Shown here in pieces: positions 26,761 to 34,636 of a stretch of DNA of 37,572 nucleotides. The position numbers and the translations under genes were made by a program. Origin of the DNA: a virus (lineage: Duplodnaviria; Caudoviricetes); IMG/VR virus record IMGVR_UViG_3300020463_000049, positions 1-37,572 of that record, one strand, 5' to 3'. Below the pieces are notes generated by a model. The model was not told the origin of the DNA, ran no database searches, and saw only the letters and a list, made by a program, of their open reading frames with translations. Numbering within the stretch: position 1 is the first letter of the stretch; every line of letters begins with the position of its first letter.

Positions 26761-27188
26761 CCCAAACAATTGATGAAATGATTGCAAATGTAATGCCGAT
26801 GGCACCAGTTAATCCTGGAGCATTTAGTGGTATGCAAACACCTAGACCCATGCCTCAGGCAGAGCAAATGATGCAGAACATGCCAATGACAAATCTTGAT
26901 CCGACATCCCAAGAGAGCATGATGAATTACCTGATGGAAAAAGTCGAGCAGATCCGTCAGCGAACAGGTGCTCAGGGTCAAGAAGGCATGGGTGCTTTAG
27001 ATGCGTTAATGAAATCGATGCCTAGAGGACAACTTGATGGCACAATGCCTCAGGGTTCAATGCGTGATGGTCAGCGAACTTATTTTGAGAATCAAAGGTT
27101 TGATAACATAGATCCTGGAATGGTAAGAAATGTTAATCCTGAAATGGATCAAGGTATGGTTAGAACTCCACCAATGGGAATGAAATAA
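26757..27188 (+). CDS. Met/Gln/Pro-rich low-complexity protein (GMGALDAL tag)
   Basis: Coupled ORF with a GGAG RBS and an internal DPGMVR/DQGMVR repeat. Confidence 0.7.
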   Translation: MTQTIDEMIANVMPMAPVNPGAFSGMQTPRPMPQAEQMMQNMPMTNLDPTSQESMMNYLMEKVEQIRQRTGAQGQEGMGALDALMKSMPRGQLDGTMPQGSMRDGQRTYFENQRFDNIDPGMVRNVNPEMDQGMVRTPPMGMK

Positions 27189-27955
27189 TGGCAAGAAACC
27201 CTTTACTAGAGGCATACTTAGCAAGTACAAGATCTGGACAGCCAAACATGGCTATGACAAAAGTTGATAATCTTTTTAATCCTTATACATACACTAGCAT
27301 GAATGATGCGACTAGAGTTGCAAGTCTCCCTAATATAGAGAGTGATGCAGAGGCATTTTCTTCAATGACCACTCCTGAACTGCCAACTAGCTCATCTGGT
27401 TATCCTCTTATTTTTAGGGAACAACCAGTGAAACAAGAAGCTGTGAATACACAACCTGTAGCAACTCAAAATCAAATGAGTCCATATGACCAATTTCAAA
27501 GTAATATTAAAGAAAATGTTTTTAATCCAAGAACCAATGAGTTTGAGCCAACAACTTATTTGCTTGATAGGATAGCTCCTAACTATTCACAAAGAATAAC
27601 AAACTTCATGACAGGTGCAACGCCAGATATGTCGCAAGGTCAACTTGATGCTATACAGGCAAATGTCAGAAATACTCAAGCTGAGACTTTATCAAACCCT
27701 GTAAGAGCAGTGATGAATATGCAAGCAAGTTTGCCTGACCCAGCTGGAGCCATGGGTCGCAGTGGAGCTGAACAAGAAGAGTTTGACAGAAGACAAGCTG
27801 ATGCCCAAAGAAGAGCAGATCAGTTTGATCAGTTTATGTCAAGAGAAAGAACAAGAGACTTAGAGGACAGTCAAGGTCTAGAAAGAGGAGCCAGAGGTGG
27901 ACAGCCAACAGCTTTTGAACCTGGAGGAATATTTAGTTTCTTCACAGGTAATTAA
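27188..27955 (+). CDS. Hypothetical, probably disordered virion-associated protein
   Basis: TAATG-coupled 255-aa ORF rich in Q/N/T/P. Confidence 0.7.
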   Translation: MARNPLLEAYLASTRSGQPNMAMTKVDNLFNPYTYTSMNDATRVASLPNIESDAEAFSSMTTPELPTSSSGYPLIFREQPVKQEAVNTQPVATQNQMSPYDQFQSNIKENVFNPRTNEFEPTTYLLDRIAPNYSQRITNFMTGATPDMSQGQLDAIQANVRNTQAETLSNPVRAVMNMQASLPDPAGAMGRSGAEQEEFDRRQADAQRRADQFDQFMSRERTRDLEDSQGLERGARGGQPTAFEPGGIFSFFTGN

Positions 27956-28155
27956 TGGAGTTAGTATTTGCTTTATATGTTTACATCGGGAGTGTAGTTA
28001 AACCACCAACAATATATTTTTATGATATCAACAGGTGTAGATATTTTGCAAGGAGAATGATGGGTCAACCTAGAGAACCTGGAGAAGTTAAGAAAAAGAT
28101 TACAGCACTTTGTAAGATGGAGAAAGTAAAAAAGGGAACTAAAATTTATTATTGA
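27955..28155 (+). CDS. Small hypothetical protein (two Cys)
   Basis: TAATG-coupled. F.L.VY.G...YFYDINRC.YFA...C pattern. Confidence 0.65.
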   Translation: MELVFALYVYIGSVVKPPTIYFYDINRCRYFARRMMGQPREPGEVKKKITALCKMEKVKKGTKIYY

Positions 28156-28166
28156 AGGAGAAAAAC

Positions 28167-28454
28167 ATGGCTGAAGTAGAAGTAGATAACATGGAAAAGA
28201 ACGCAGAACTCTTTATGGAGAAGATGGGTTTTGCGCACGACACTGAGGGTTTAGAGCTTAGTGATGATCAGCTCGTCAACTTTTTATTACTTTGCCACCA
28301 AATGGAATATGGCGTAGGTGATGAGGAAGAAGAAATGAAAGAGGATGGTGATGAGATGAAAGTCAAGATCATGAAAGTTCATGCAGGCGATATGTCTGAC
28401 GTTATGAATCAAATGCTTGGGCATGGTGGTCCAAAGATGATGATGGAAGACTGA
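28167..28454 (+). CDS. Acidic Met-rich hypothetical protein
   Basis: AAGGAG RBS before the ATG at 28167. Confidence 0.7.
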   Translation: MAEVEVDNMEKNAELFMEKMGFAHDTEGLELSDDQLVNFLLLCHQMEYGVGDEEEEMKEDGDEMKVKIMKVHAGDMSDVMNQMLGHGGPKMMMED

Positions 28455-28876
28455 TGCCTGCTGGCAGTAAAATAATCAGAGGACTTTTCGGTAAGGGCAT
28501 GGGTGCTCTTGAAAATTTAGAGACTGATGTTCTTCCAAAACAAGCATCTGCTAAAGGTGCTTTGCCTGAAAAGCCTGCTTTTATAATCGAAGATCCTGAA
28601 AGCACATTCCCAACTTATAACTTTACACAATCAGCTCCTGCTGGATCAGAACAAATAAAAGGTTTTATGTCCGCAGTTGATATGATTCATAAACCAACAG
28701 GAACAAGAATACCTGCAAACAATATGATTCGTGGACACGAGCCTGATTTTGAATTGGCTCCAGGAATACCAAAACTTGATGACCCAGAGATCGCACGAAG
28801 ATTATTAATGGGTGATATAAGTGTTGATGAAGCAAGAAAAGAATTAATGCGCAAAAACCTCAAGGGAGTAGAATAA
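28454..28876 (+). CDS. Hypothetical protein (GMGALENL tag)
   Basis: TGATG-coupled ORF. Confidence 0.7.
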   Translation: MPAGSKIIRGLFGKGMGALENLETDVLPKQASAKGALPEKPAFIIEDPESTFPTYNFTQSAPAGSEQIKGFMSAVDMIHKPTGTRIPANNMIRGHEPDFELAPGIPKLDDPEIARRLLMGDISVDEARKELMRKNLKGVE

Positions 28877-29007
28877 TGCCTTTTAGTAAATATTCACCGA
28901 AGCAGAAAAAACTTGCTGCTGTTGCACCACCTAGAAAAAAGATTACAGGTGCTGACTTAAAAGCCTTGGCAAAAAAGAAAAAGAAAAAAGGTAAAAAAAG
29001 AGCATGA
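28876..29007 (+). CDS. Lys-rich microprotein, 43 aa (MPFSKYSPKQKKLAAVAPPRKKITGADLK...); not in ORF track
   Basis: Translated by hand. GGGAG RBS, with TAATG and ATGA overlaps. Confidence 0.7.
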   Translation: MPFSKYSPKQKKLAAVAPPRKKITGADLKALAKKKKKKGKKRA

Positions 29008-29159
29008 GTTTATACGAGAACATTCATGCTAAGAAAAAGCGTGGAGAAAAAATGAGAAAGAAAGGTGCTAAAGGTGCACCAAAAGCTGGAACATTTAAAA
29101 AGATCGCAGCAAAACAAAAAAATAGAAAAGGAAAAAAGAATGGCAAAAAAATCAGTTGA
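29004..29159 (+). CDS. Lys-rich microprotein, 51 aa (MSLYENIHAKKKRGEKMRKKGAKGAPK...); not in ORF track
   Basis: Translated by hand. ATGA overlap with the previous gene. Confidence 0.7.
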   Translation: MSLYENIHAKKKRGEKMRKKGAKGAPKAGTFKKIAAKQKNRKGKKNGKKIS

Positions 29160-29295
29160 GGCACCAAAAGGTTTCCATTGGATGAAAGCTGGCAAGGGTT
29201 TTAAACTTATGAAGAATCCTGCTGGTGGATACAAGCCACACAAAGGTGCAAGTAAAAAAGCAACATTTGAAATACAAGCTATACACAAAAAGTAA
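29140..29295 (+). CDS. Lys-rich microprotein, 51 aa (MAKKSVEAPKGFHWMK...)
   Basis: AAGGA RBS before the ATG at 29140. TAATG-coupled to the next gene. Confidence 0.7.
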   Translation: MAKKSVEAPKGFHWMKAGKGFKLMKNPAGGYKPHKGASKKATFEIQAIHKK

Positions 29296-29594
29296 TGGCC
29301 AAGAAAAAACCAGATCCAAAAAAGGGAACAGGCAAGAAACCAAAAGGATCAGACAGGAGGTTATACACCGATGAAAACCCCAAAGATACAGTCTCTATTA
29401 AATTTGCCACTTTGGCAGATGCCCAAGCAACTGCTCGTAAGGTTAAGAACATTAATAAGCCATATGCTAGGAAAATTCAAATCCTTACTGTCATGGAACA
29501 GCGAGCCAAAGTCGCAGGCAAAAACAAGCAAGCGCAAATCGCAAAAAAAGCCAAAGAGCAAATCAGGTCAAAAGAGAAAGTAAAGAAGAAATAA
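29295..29594 (+). CDS. Basic hypothetical protein (LYTDENPKDTV motif)
   Basis: Coupled, Lys-rich, 99 aa. Confidence 0.75.
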   Translation: MAKKKPDPKKGTGKKPKGSDRRLYTDENPKDTVSIKFATLADAQATARKVKNINKPYARKIQILTVMEQRAKVAGKNKQAQIAKKAKEQIRSKEKVKKK

Positions 29595-30355
29595 TGGGTG
29601 CGATAAACAGACTTGTTACAAAACTTATTGAACCAACAGTTGATACAGTTGAAGAGTTTTTAAAAACCTTTAATAAAAAAGTTTATCATGGAACTCAGGG
29701 TTCAGATGTCTCTGGAGCTTTTGGTGTTATTGATGTTAAATATCCTGATGGAACAAATAGGGAAGTTATGGTTGAGATGGAAGGGAAAATGACAGGTGGA
29801 ACTGATCCTAAAACTGGAGCACTAATACGAGAAGAACTTCCCCTAGAACAACAGGGAATAAATGCTTTTCAAGGTGTTAATGAGAAAAGTCCAGGATATC
29901 ATCCAGGAGACATGGGCACATGGGTTACTGATGATCCAGATGTCGCTAATTATTTTGCTGGCGACATTCAATATGGTGGCAGTCCAACAGTTTATCCCTT
30001 ACAGCTAAAAATGGACAACCCAATAGAATATGACACATATGAAGATCTAGAGGAAGCTTTTTATGACTTCGGTGGTGATACAAGTGAATTTACAAGCGAG
30101 CTTATAAACAGAGGTTATGATGGAATTCAAATAACTAACAGCACAACTGATGTCATGGAATTTGATGGTCGCACCATAGGAACAAGAACTGATTATGTTG
30201 TATTTGATGGTCGCCAACTTAGGTCACCATTCGCAGGTTTTGACCCAAAGAAAGCAGACTCAAGAAGAATATTGTCCAGTGGCGTAGGAGCAGTTGGTGC
30301 TGGGGGTGTAGCAGGAGCATTAGGAGGATTGCCCAATGGCGACGTTCAAAGGTAG
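29594..30355 (+). CDS. ADP-ribosyltransferase-like (ART-PolyVal-like) domain protein 1
   Basis: VYHGT, G.WVTDDP.VA..FA, VYP..LK..NP, L...GYDGI and YVVFD..QLRS.FA.FDP pattern. Confidence 0.65.
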   Translation: MGAINRLVTKLIEPTVDTVEEFLKTFNKKVYHGTQGSDVSGAFGVIDVKYPDGTNREVMVEMEGKMTGGTDPKTGALIREELPLEQQGINAFQGVNEKSPGYHPGDMGTWVTDDPDVANYFAGDIQYGGSPTVYPLQLKMDNPIEYDTYEDLEEAFYDFGGDTSEFTSELINRGYDGIQITNSTTDVMEFDGRTIGTRTDYVVFDGRQLRSPFAGFDPKKADSRRILSSGVGAVGAGGVAGALGGLPNGDVQR

Positions 30356-30593
30356 GAAAGTCTCTTTAAATAAACCAAGACGTATCCGAAAGGGTGAAAC
30401 GAGCTTTGGCAAAAAGAAATCAGTTGTCTTTGTTATGGATGGAGATAGAGTTAAAAGGGTAACATTCGGTGACCCTAATATGAAGATAAAAAAGAATCAG
30501 CCAGGAAGACGAAAGAACTTTAGAGCAAGACACAACTGCGATAATCCTGGACCAAAAACAAAGGCAAGATATTGGTCTTGCAAGGCTTGGTGA
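30336..30593 (+). CDS. Basic hypothetical protein (FGDPNM...FRARH.C...ARYWSC.AW)
   Basis: AGGAGG RBS. Arg/Lys-rich, a motif pattern common in marine phage structural regions. Confidence 0.75.
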   Translation: MATFKGRKVSLNKPRRIRKGETSFGKKKSVVFVMDGDRVKRVTFGDPNMKIKKNQPGRRKNFRARHNCDNPGPKTKARYWSCKAW

Positions 30594-30594
30594 T

Positions 30595-31290
30595 ATGGCA
30601 GTTCTTAAAAAACTAGCTCAACCAGCCATTGAAAGTGCCACTGACTTTTTAAAAAGTTTTAGGAAGAAAACTTACTATCATTTTTCTACAGAACCAGATA
30701 TAAAAGAGTTTAAAGTAAATGAACCCTCGCCATTTGACGAGGGAAGCGAAAGAGGTGCTATCTATTTTACATCAGATCCTGAATATGCTGAAGATATAAT
30801 GGAGGGAATAACTCAGGGAGAATATGATGAGTTTCCAGGAATGTCAACTTATCCTGTTAAGATAAAAAAAGGAAAAATATTTGACCATACAAATGAAAAA
30901 CAAATTAAAAAACTTCTTAAAGCTGGTCTTGATAATCCAAAACAATATGAAAATGAATTTTATATCAGACCATTTTACACAGGCGAAAGTTATGATGGAC
31001 CATACGAGATAAAATATCCAACAATCGAAAGAATGTTTAATGAGATAAGATCTGGAAATTATCAATATCTTGAAATGCCAAGAGTTCAAGACCTTATGAA
31101 AGAGCAAGGGTACAGAGGATATACAACAGCCGAATCAGGAACTGTTGGATTATTTTACCCAGAGGATGTTAGGTCAATATTCGCTAAGTTTGATCCTAAG
31201 AAATCCAAATCAGCAGACATATTGGCTGGGGCCTCAATTGCTGCACCTGTTGGAGCTTTAGGCACATTACAAGAAAGCAAAGCACAATGA
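30595..31290 (+). CDS. ADP-ribosyltransferase-like (ART-PolyVal-like) domain protein 2
   Basis: YYHFST, GAIYFTSDPEYA, TYPVKIK, GYRGY and LF.PEDVRSIFAKFDP. Same motif order as 29594-30355. Confidence 0.6.
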   Translation: MAVLKKLAQPAIESATDFLKSFRKKTYYHFSTEPDIKEFKVNEPSPFDEGSERGAIYFTSDPEYAEDIMEGITQGEYDEFPGMSTYPVKIKKGKIFDHTNEKQIKKLLKAGLDNPKQYENEFYIRPFYTGESYDGPYEIKYPTIERMFNEIRSGNYQYLEMPRVQDLMKEQGYRGYTTAESGTVGLFYPEDVRSIFAKFDPKKSKSADILAGASIAAPVGALGTLQESKAQ

Positions 31291-31472
31291 GCAAAGCAGC
31301 AATTAAAAAAGTGGCACAAGCTGAGATACGAGCAGCAAAAAGCTTTTTAGACAAAAGGAACTTACAGAATATAAGTCCTAAAAAATTTGCCATTGCTGCA
31401 AAAGAGCTTGATAAAGGTTTCCAAGACACTCTGAGGGTTCTTATAAAAGAATTATCAGGAGGGCAGGTTTGA
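31287..31472 (+). CDS. Small basic hypothetical protein
   Basis: ATGA-coupled, 61 aa. Confidence 0.7.
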   Translation: MSKAAIKKVAQAEIRAAKSFLDKRNLQNISPKKFAIAAKELDKGFQDTLRVLIKELSGGQV

Positions 31473-32665
31473 ATCACGATAAGCCTATATTCTCACAGCC
31501 TCAAACTGGAGCAGAAATGTATGCTGCTCCTGAATCAACATATCTTACAGACTTGCCAATAGAATTTAGTCGCAGAGACTTTAGAGACTTTATACAAAAT
31601 TATTTAACAAATGTCTTAGGACAAACAACAGCAAGACAATATGCCGAAAGTATAGCAGGTGCAGATATAAACAATCCTATGCCAAGAAATCCCATGGGGT
31701 TGGGTCTCTCAGACTTTACTCCTCTTGGTTTAATGTTCGCAGGTCAAGAGATCAAAGAAGATTTTGGCAAAGCATCAAGACCATTAGACTATGTTGCACC
31801 AACTATTGGTGGAGTGTTAAGTGCTGCTGAGGCTTATCCTCTTACAAAAATTATGGTGAAAGGAATTGCCAAACCTATTGTTAATAGTGCCAGTGGTTTT
31901 TTATCAAGTATAAATAAGAAAGCTCTTGCTGATGAAGCAAACCTAACAATTCCGGAAAAGCCAGAAGTATTGATGACATCCCCTGGACCAAAAACTGTTC
32001 GGGATGACGAGGCAAATGTTAAGCCACCAAAAGTATCAAGAAGAGGAGTCTTAACAGGTATGGCTGCTGCTCCAGTGGCAGGTGCGCTTGGCGAGTTGCC
32101 TATAAGTAAAATTATTAGTGATGTTGCACCAGTTGCCAAGGTTGCTAAAAAAATTCCTTTATCGAATCTAAATATTAGTAGTCTTGGTGCTTTTAAAAAT
32201 AGATTTGATGAAGCGATCGAAATGGCAATGGATGAAGGTCGGGAGTTTGATACAGATCTAATTAGAGAGATGGAACCTAGTGAGTTTATGGAAGAAATTG
32301 TATATTCGGAGATGGGAGGTCTTGAAGATTTTGATGGAAGTCTTCTTGAAGGAATTGTTAATGAGATTAAAGAAAAATATCCTGATGCAACAGACCAAGA
32401 AATATTTAATAAATTATCTGAGTCTGTTGAAGATCTTGACAAATTAATTCCTCAATCAAAATTAAAGTATAAAATCGATTTAACCAGCAAAGATCCTTTT
32501 GAGTCATTAAATTTAAAAAAGCCAAGAAAATTTGATAAGTTGAAAGAAACTTACAGGAAAGAGTTTTTTAATAAAATGAAAGCTCGTAACATCACTGATC
32601 AAGATGCGTTGCAAGATTTAGCAGATGAAGTCATGGCTGAACAAAAATTTTGGAGTGCTAGATAA
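31469..32665 (+). CDS. Hypothetical composite protein carrying both shared tags internally
   Basis: TTG start with a GGAGG RBS. Contains KGIAKPIVNSASGFLSSINKK and AAAPVAGALGEL, then an acidic C-terminal domain. Confidence 0.7.
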   Translation: MNHDKPIFSQPQTGAEMYAAPESTYLTDLPIEFSRRDFRDFIQNYLTNVLGQTTARQYAESIAGADINNPMPRNPMGLGLSDFTPLGLMFAGQEIKEDFGKASRPLDYVAPTIGGVLSAAEAYPLTKIMVKGIAKPIVNSASGFLSSINKKALADEANLTIPEKPEVLMTSPGPKTVRDDEANVKPPKVSRRGVLTGMAAAPVAGALGELPISKIISDVAPVAKVAKKIPLSNLNISSLGAFKNRFDEAIEMAMDEGREFDTDLIREMEPSEFMEEIVYSEMGGLEDFDGSLLEGIVNEIKEKYPDATDQEIFNKLSESVEDLDKLIPQSKLKYKIDLTSKDPFESLNLKKPRKFDKLKETYRKEFFNKMKARNITDQDALQDLADEVMAEQKFWSAR

Positions 32666-33354
32666 TGGGCATGTTTAAAAGACTAGCAGAGGAAGCCTCA
32701 GAAAAAGTCCTAGATTTTTTCCGTGACCTTAATAAGAAAAAAGGTGTCTATATGAATGTAGAGCAGATGGAAGATGAGGTTGGTGACAAAGCACGCAAAC
32801 TCGCTATGGAAGCACCAGAGATCTTTGGTTATTACGAAGATATTCCTTTATTCAAAGCTCTCCAAGATGCTAATGAAAAAGGTGAGGATCTTGCTGTTAT
32901 GAATCCCAAAACTTTTAGACGTCTTGCTGCTCGATTAAGAACAGATATTCCAGAGCAAATAACAGAGGTAGGTGATAAAGTAGAAGATTATAGAAGCATG
33001 TTTCAAAGAGGTATGAAGTTCGATGCTATTCCTCGACTAAAATATGAACTAAGGACATCAGACCCAGAAGTGATGCAGATTATAGACCATGATGGCAGGC
33101 ATAGAAATCGTGCTTTAGAGTCTCTCGGCAAAAAGAAATCACTTGTTAGAATGTACTCAAATGAAAATTTATCAGATTACTCTAATTTAAGATTTGCTCC
33201 AAAAGAAACAGATGTGTATTCTGAAGATGATAGATTTTATAAAGGTTTATCTCCTCCTGTTGGATCTTTAGGTGATCTCATGAAAATTCTAGGAATATCA
33301 GGAGCTGTTGCACCTGGAGCATTATCAAGTTTAGGAGGTGAAGATGGTTCGTAA
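32665..33354 (+). CDS. ParB/Srx-like domain protein with shared tags
   Basis: M.P..F..LA, IP.L and IIDHDGRHR.RAL...G motifs. Carries the N-terminal helix tag and C-terminal PGALSSL. Confidence 0.6.
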   Translation: MGMFKRLAEEASEKVLDFFRDLNKKKGVYMNVEQMEDEVGDKARKLAMEAPEIFGYYEDIPLFKALQDANEKGEDLAVMNPKTFRRLAARLRTDIPEQITEVGDKVEDYRSMFQRGMKFDAIPRLKYELRTSDPEVMQIIDHDGRHRNRALESLGKKKSLVRMYSNENLSDYSNLRFAPKETDVYSEDDRFYKGLSPPVGSLGDLMKILGISGAVAPGALSSLGGEDGS

Positions 33355-33547
33355 GTTTAAAAAAGTTGCTAAGACTAAAAAGGGTGTGCCTAAGAAGTAT
33401 GTTCAAGGAGCGAAGAACCCTAAAGCACAAGAGGCTGAAATAAAAAGAACAGCAAAGAAATATAAAGAGGGAACACTGACTAAAGCAGAGATGGAACGCA
33501 TAGCAAAGAAAAGGTCAAAAAATGTCAAAAGAAAAAAAGCCAGTTAA
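33344..33547 (+). CDS. Lys-rich microprotein (GVPKKY motif)
   Basis: AGGAGGTG RBS before the ATG at 33344. Confidence 0.7.
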   Translation: MVRKFKKVAKTKKGVPKKYVQGAKNPKAQEAEIKRTAKKYKEGTLTKAEMERIAKKRSKNVKRKKAS

Positions 33548-33815
33548 AAAGAAAAAGAAGAGTGGTGGTGGTCTAGAGGCTGCACTCACTAAGTACAGTA
33601 AATCATCAGGTATTTCGAAATCGACACTAAGAAAAGTGGCAAAACGTGGAATGGGTGCTTATTATTCATCAGGTTCTCGTCCAGGTCAGACGCCAACTTC
33701 TTGGGCGATAGGTAGAGTTAGGTCTTTCGCTACTGGTAAAGGTGGTGCAAGAAAGGCTGACTCTGACTTGATTCGTGGTAAAAAGAAGAGTAAAACTAAA
33801 AAGAGTAAATCATGA
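33522..33815 (+). CDS. Basic protein, DUF5824-like (RG.GAY.SSGSRPG.T..SWA..RV)
   Basis: Motif recognised from memory. Lys-rich termini. Confidence 0.6.
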   Translation: MSKEKKPVKKKKKSGGGLEAALTKYSKSSGISKSTLRKVAKRGMGAYYSSGSRPGQTPTSWAIGRVRSFATGKGGARKADSDLIRGKKKSKTKKSKS

Positions 33816-33958
33816 ATCGAACTCAATTTTCATCACTAATATCTAAAGGAGGTAAAAAGATGAAACATGGTATGAAACCAAAAAAGAAAATGGCCATGAA
33901 GCCAAAAAAGAAAAATGGCATGAAGAAAAAGAAGAAAAATGGTGCCTATGGAAAGTAA
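33812..33958 (+). CDS. Lys/Met-rich microprotein, 48 aa (MNRTQFSSLISKGGKKMKHGMKPKKK...); not in ORF track
   Basis: Translated by hand. ATGA overlap. A possible internal start at 33860 has an AAGGAGGT RBS. Confidence 0.65.
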   Translation: MNRTQFSSLISKGGKKMKHGMKPKKKMAMKPKKKNGMKKKKKNGAYGK

Positions 33959-34088
33959 TAAAGATGTTACTGTCCATGTTACTGGTGTCTCGATGTCAGG
34001 CGAGTCAGGGTTAAAAGATGACGCTGGCAGACATACTGAGGAAGATAAAATCAGAGTTGAAGACTCAGAGGAATCAGATAGCAAGTGA
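33948..34088 (+). CDS. Small acidic protein, 46 aa (MESNKDVTVHVTGVSMSG...); not in ORF track
   Basis: Translated by hand. Fills the gap and overlaps the next ORF by 71 nt. Confidence 0.45.
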   Translation: MESNKDVTVHVTGVSMSGESGLKDDAGRHTEEDKIRVEDSEESDSK

Positions 34089-34215
34089 TATGGTTGATGG
34101 TCGTATGAGCGATCAGCAAGAATATCAAAGAAACGTCGGAGTGGCCAAAGGAATAGATATTGCCTGCAACACTATCGATGAAACAATTAAACAAATAAAT
34201 GAAGAGGATGAATAA
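34018..34215 (+). CDS. Small helical hypothetical protein upstream of GroES
   Basis: G...D..EY...VG...G. pattern, the kind usually seen just before phage groES. Confidence 0.7.
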   Translation: MTLADILRKIKSELKTQRNQIASDMVDGRMSDQQEYQRNVGVAKGIDIACNTIDETIKQINEEDE

Positions 34216-34216
34216 C

Positions 34217-34621
34217 ATGTCTCATCAGCATGAAATAATAACTGACGAAGATTCAAATAAGACAATTGGATCTCATCAGTTTCCCCAGCCAGTAGGTTGG
34301 AAAGTATTGGTTCAGCCTAACCCAGCCAAACAAAAAACTAAGGGTGGCATTTATCTCCCATCGCAAAGTTTAGACAATGAGGAATATTTAACAGCTCATG
34401 GTCGCATCCTTGCCTTGGGAGATCTAGCTTATAGGGATAGAAAAACTTATGAAGCTTGGAAAGGTCATTGGCCAAAGAAAGGTGATCGAATTACTTATGG
34501 TAAGTATGCAGGTCAAAAATTAACAATCAATGGTGTTAAGCTATTACTTTTGAATGATGATGAAATAACATCAATCATCCCAGAAGATGTTAGCATTTCA
34601 GCATATGTAGAACAGCGATAA
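34217..34621 (+). CDS. groES: Co-chaperonin GroES (Cpn10)-like protein
   Basis: QPVGWKVLV, KTKGGIYLP, G.ILALG, GD....KYAG and LLNDDEI motifs. Start could also be 34199 or 34208. Confidence 0.9.
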   Translation: MSHQHEIITDEDSNKTIGSHQFPQPVGWKVLVQPNPAKQKTKGGIYLPSQSLDNEEYLTAHGRILALGDLAYRDRKTYEAWKGHWPKKGDRITYGKYAGQKLTINGVKLLLLNDDEITSIIPEDVSISAYVEQR

Positions 34622-34636
34622 CTTGGAGGCGCAACC

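Noticed and set aside
32030-32100. Functional Tat export signal (SRRGVL)
   Set aside because: It is internal to a 398-aa ORF with no convincing nearby RBS/start, so it is not called as a signal peptide.
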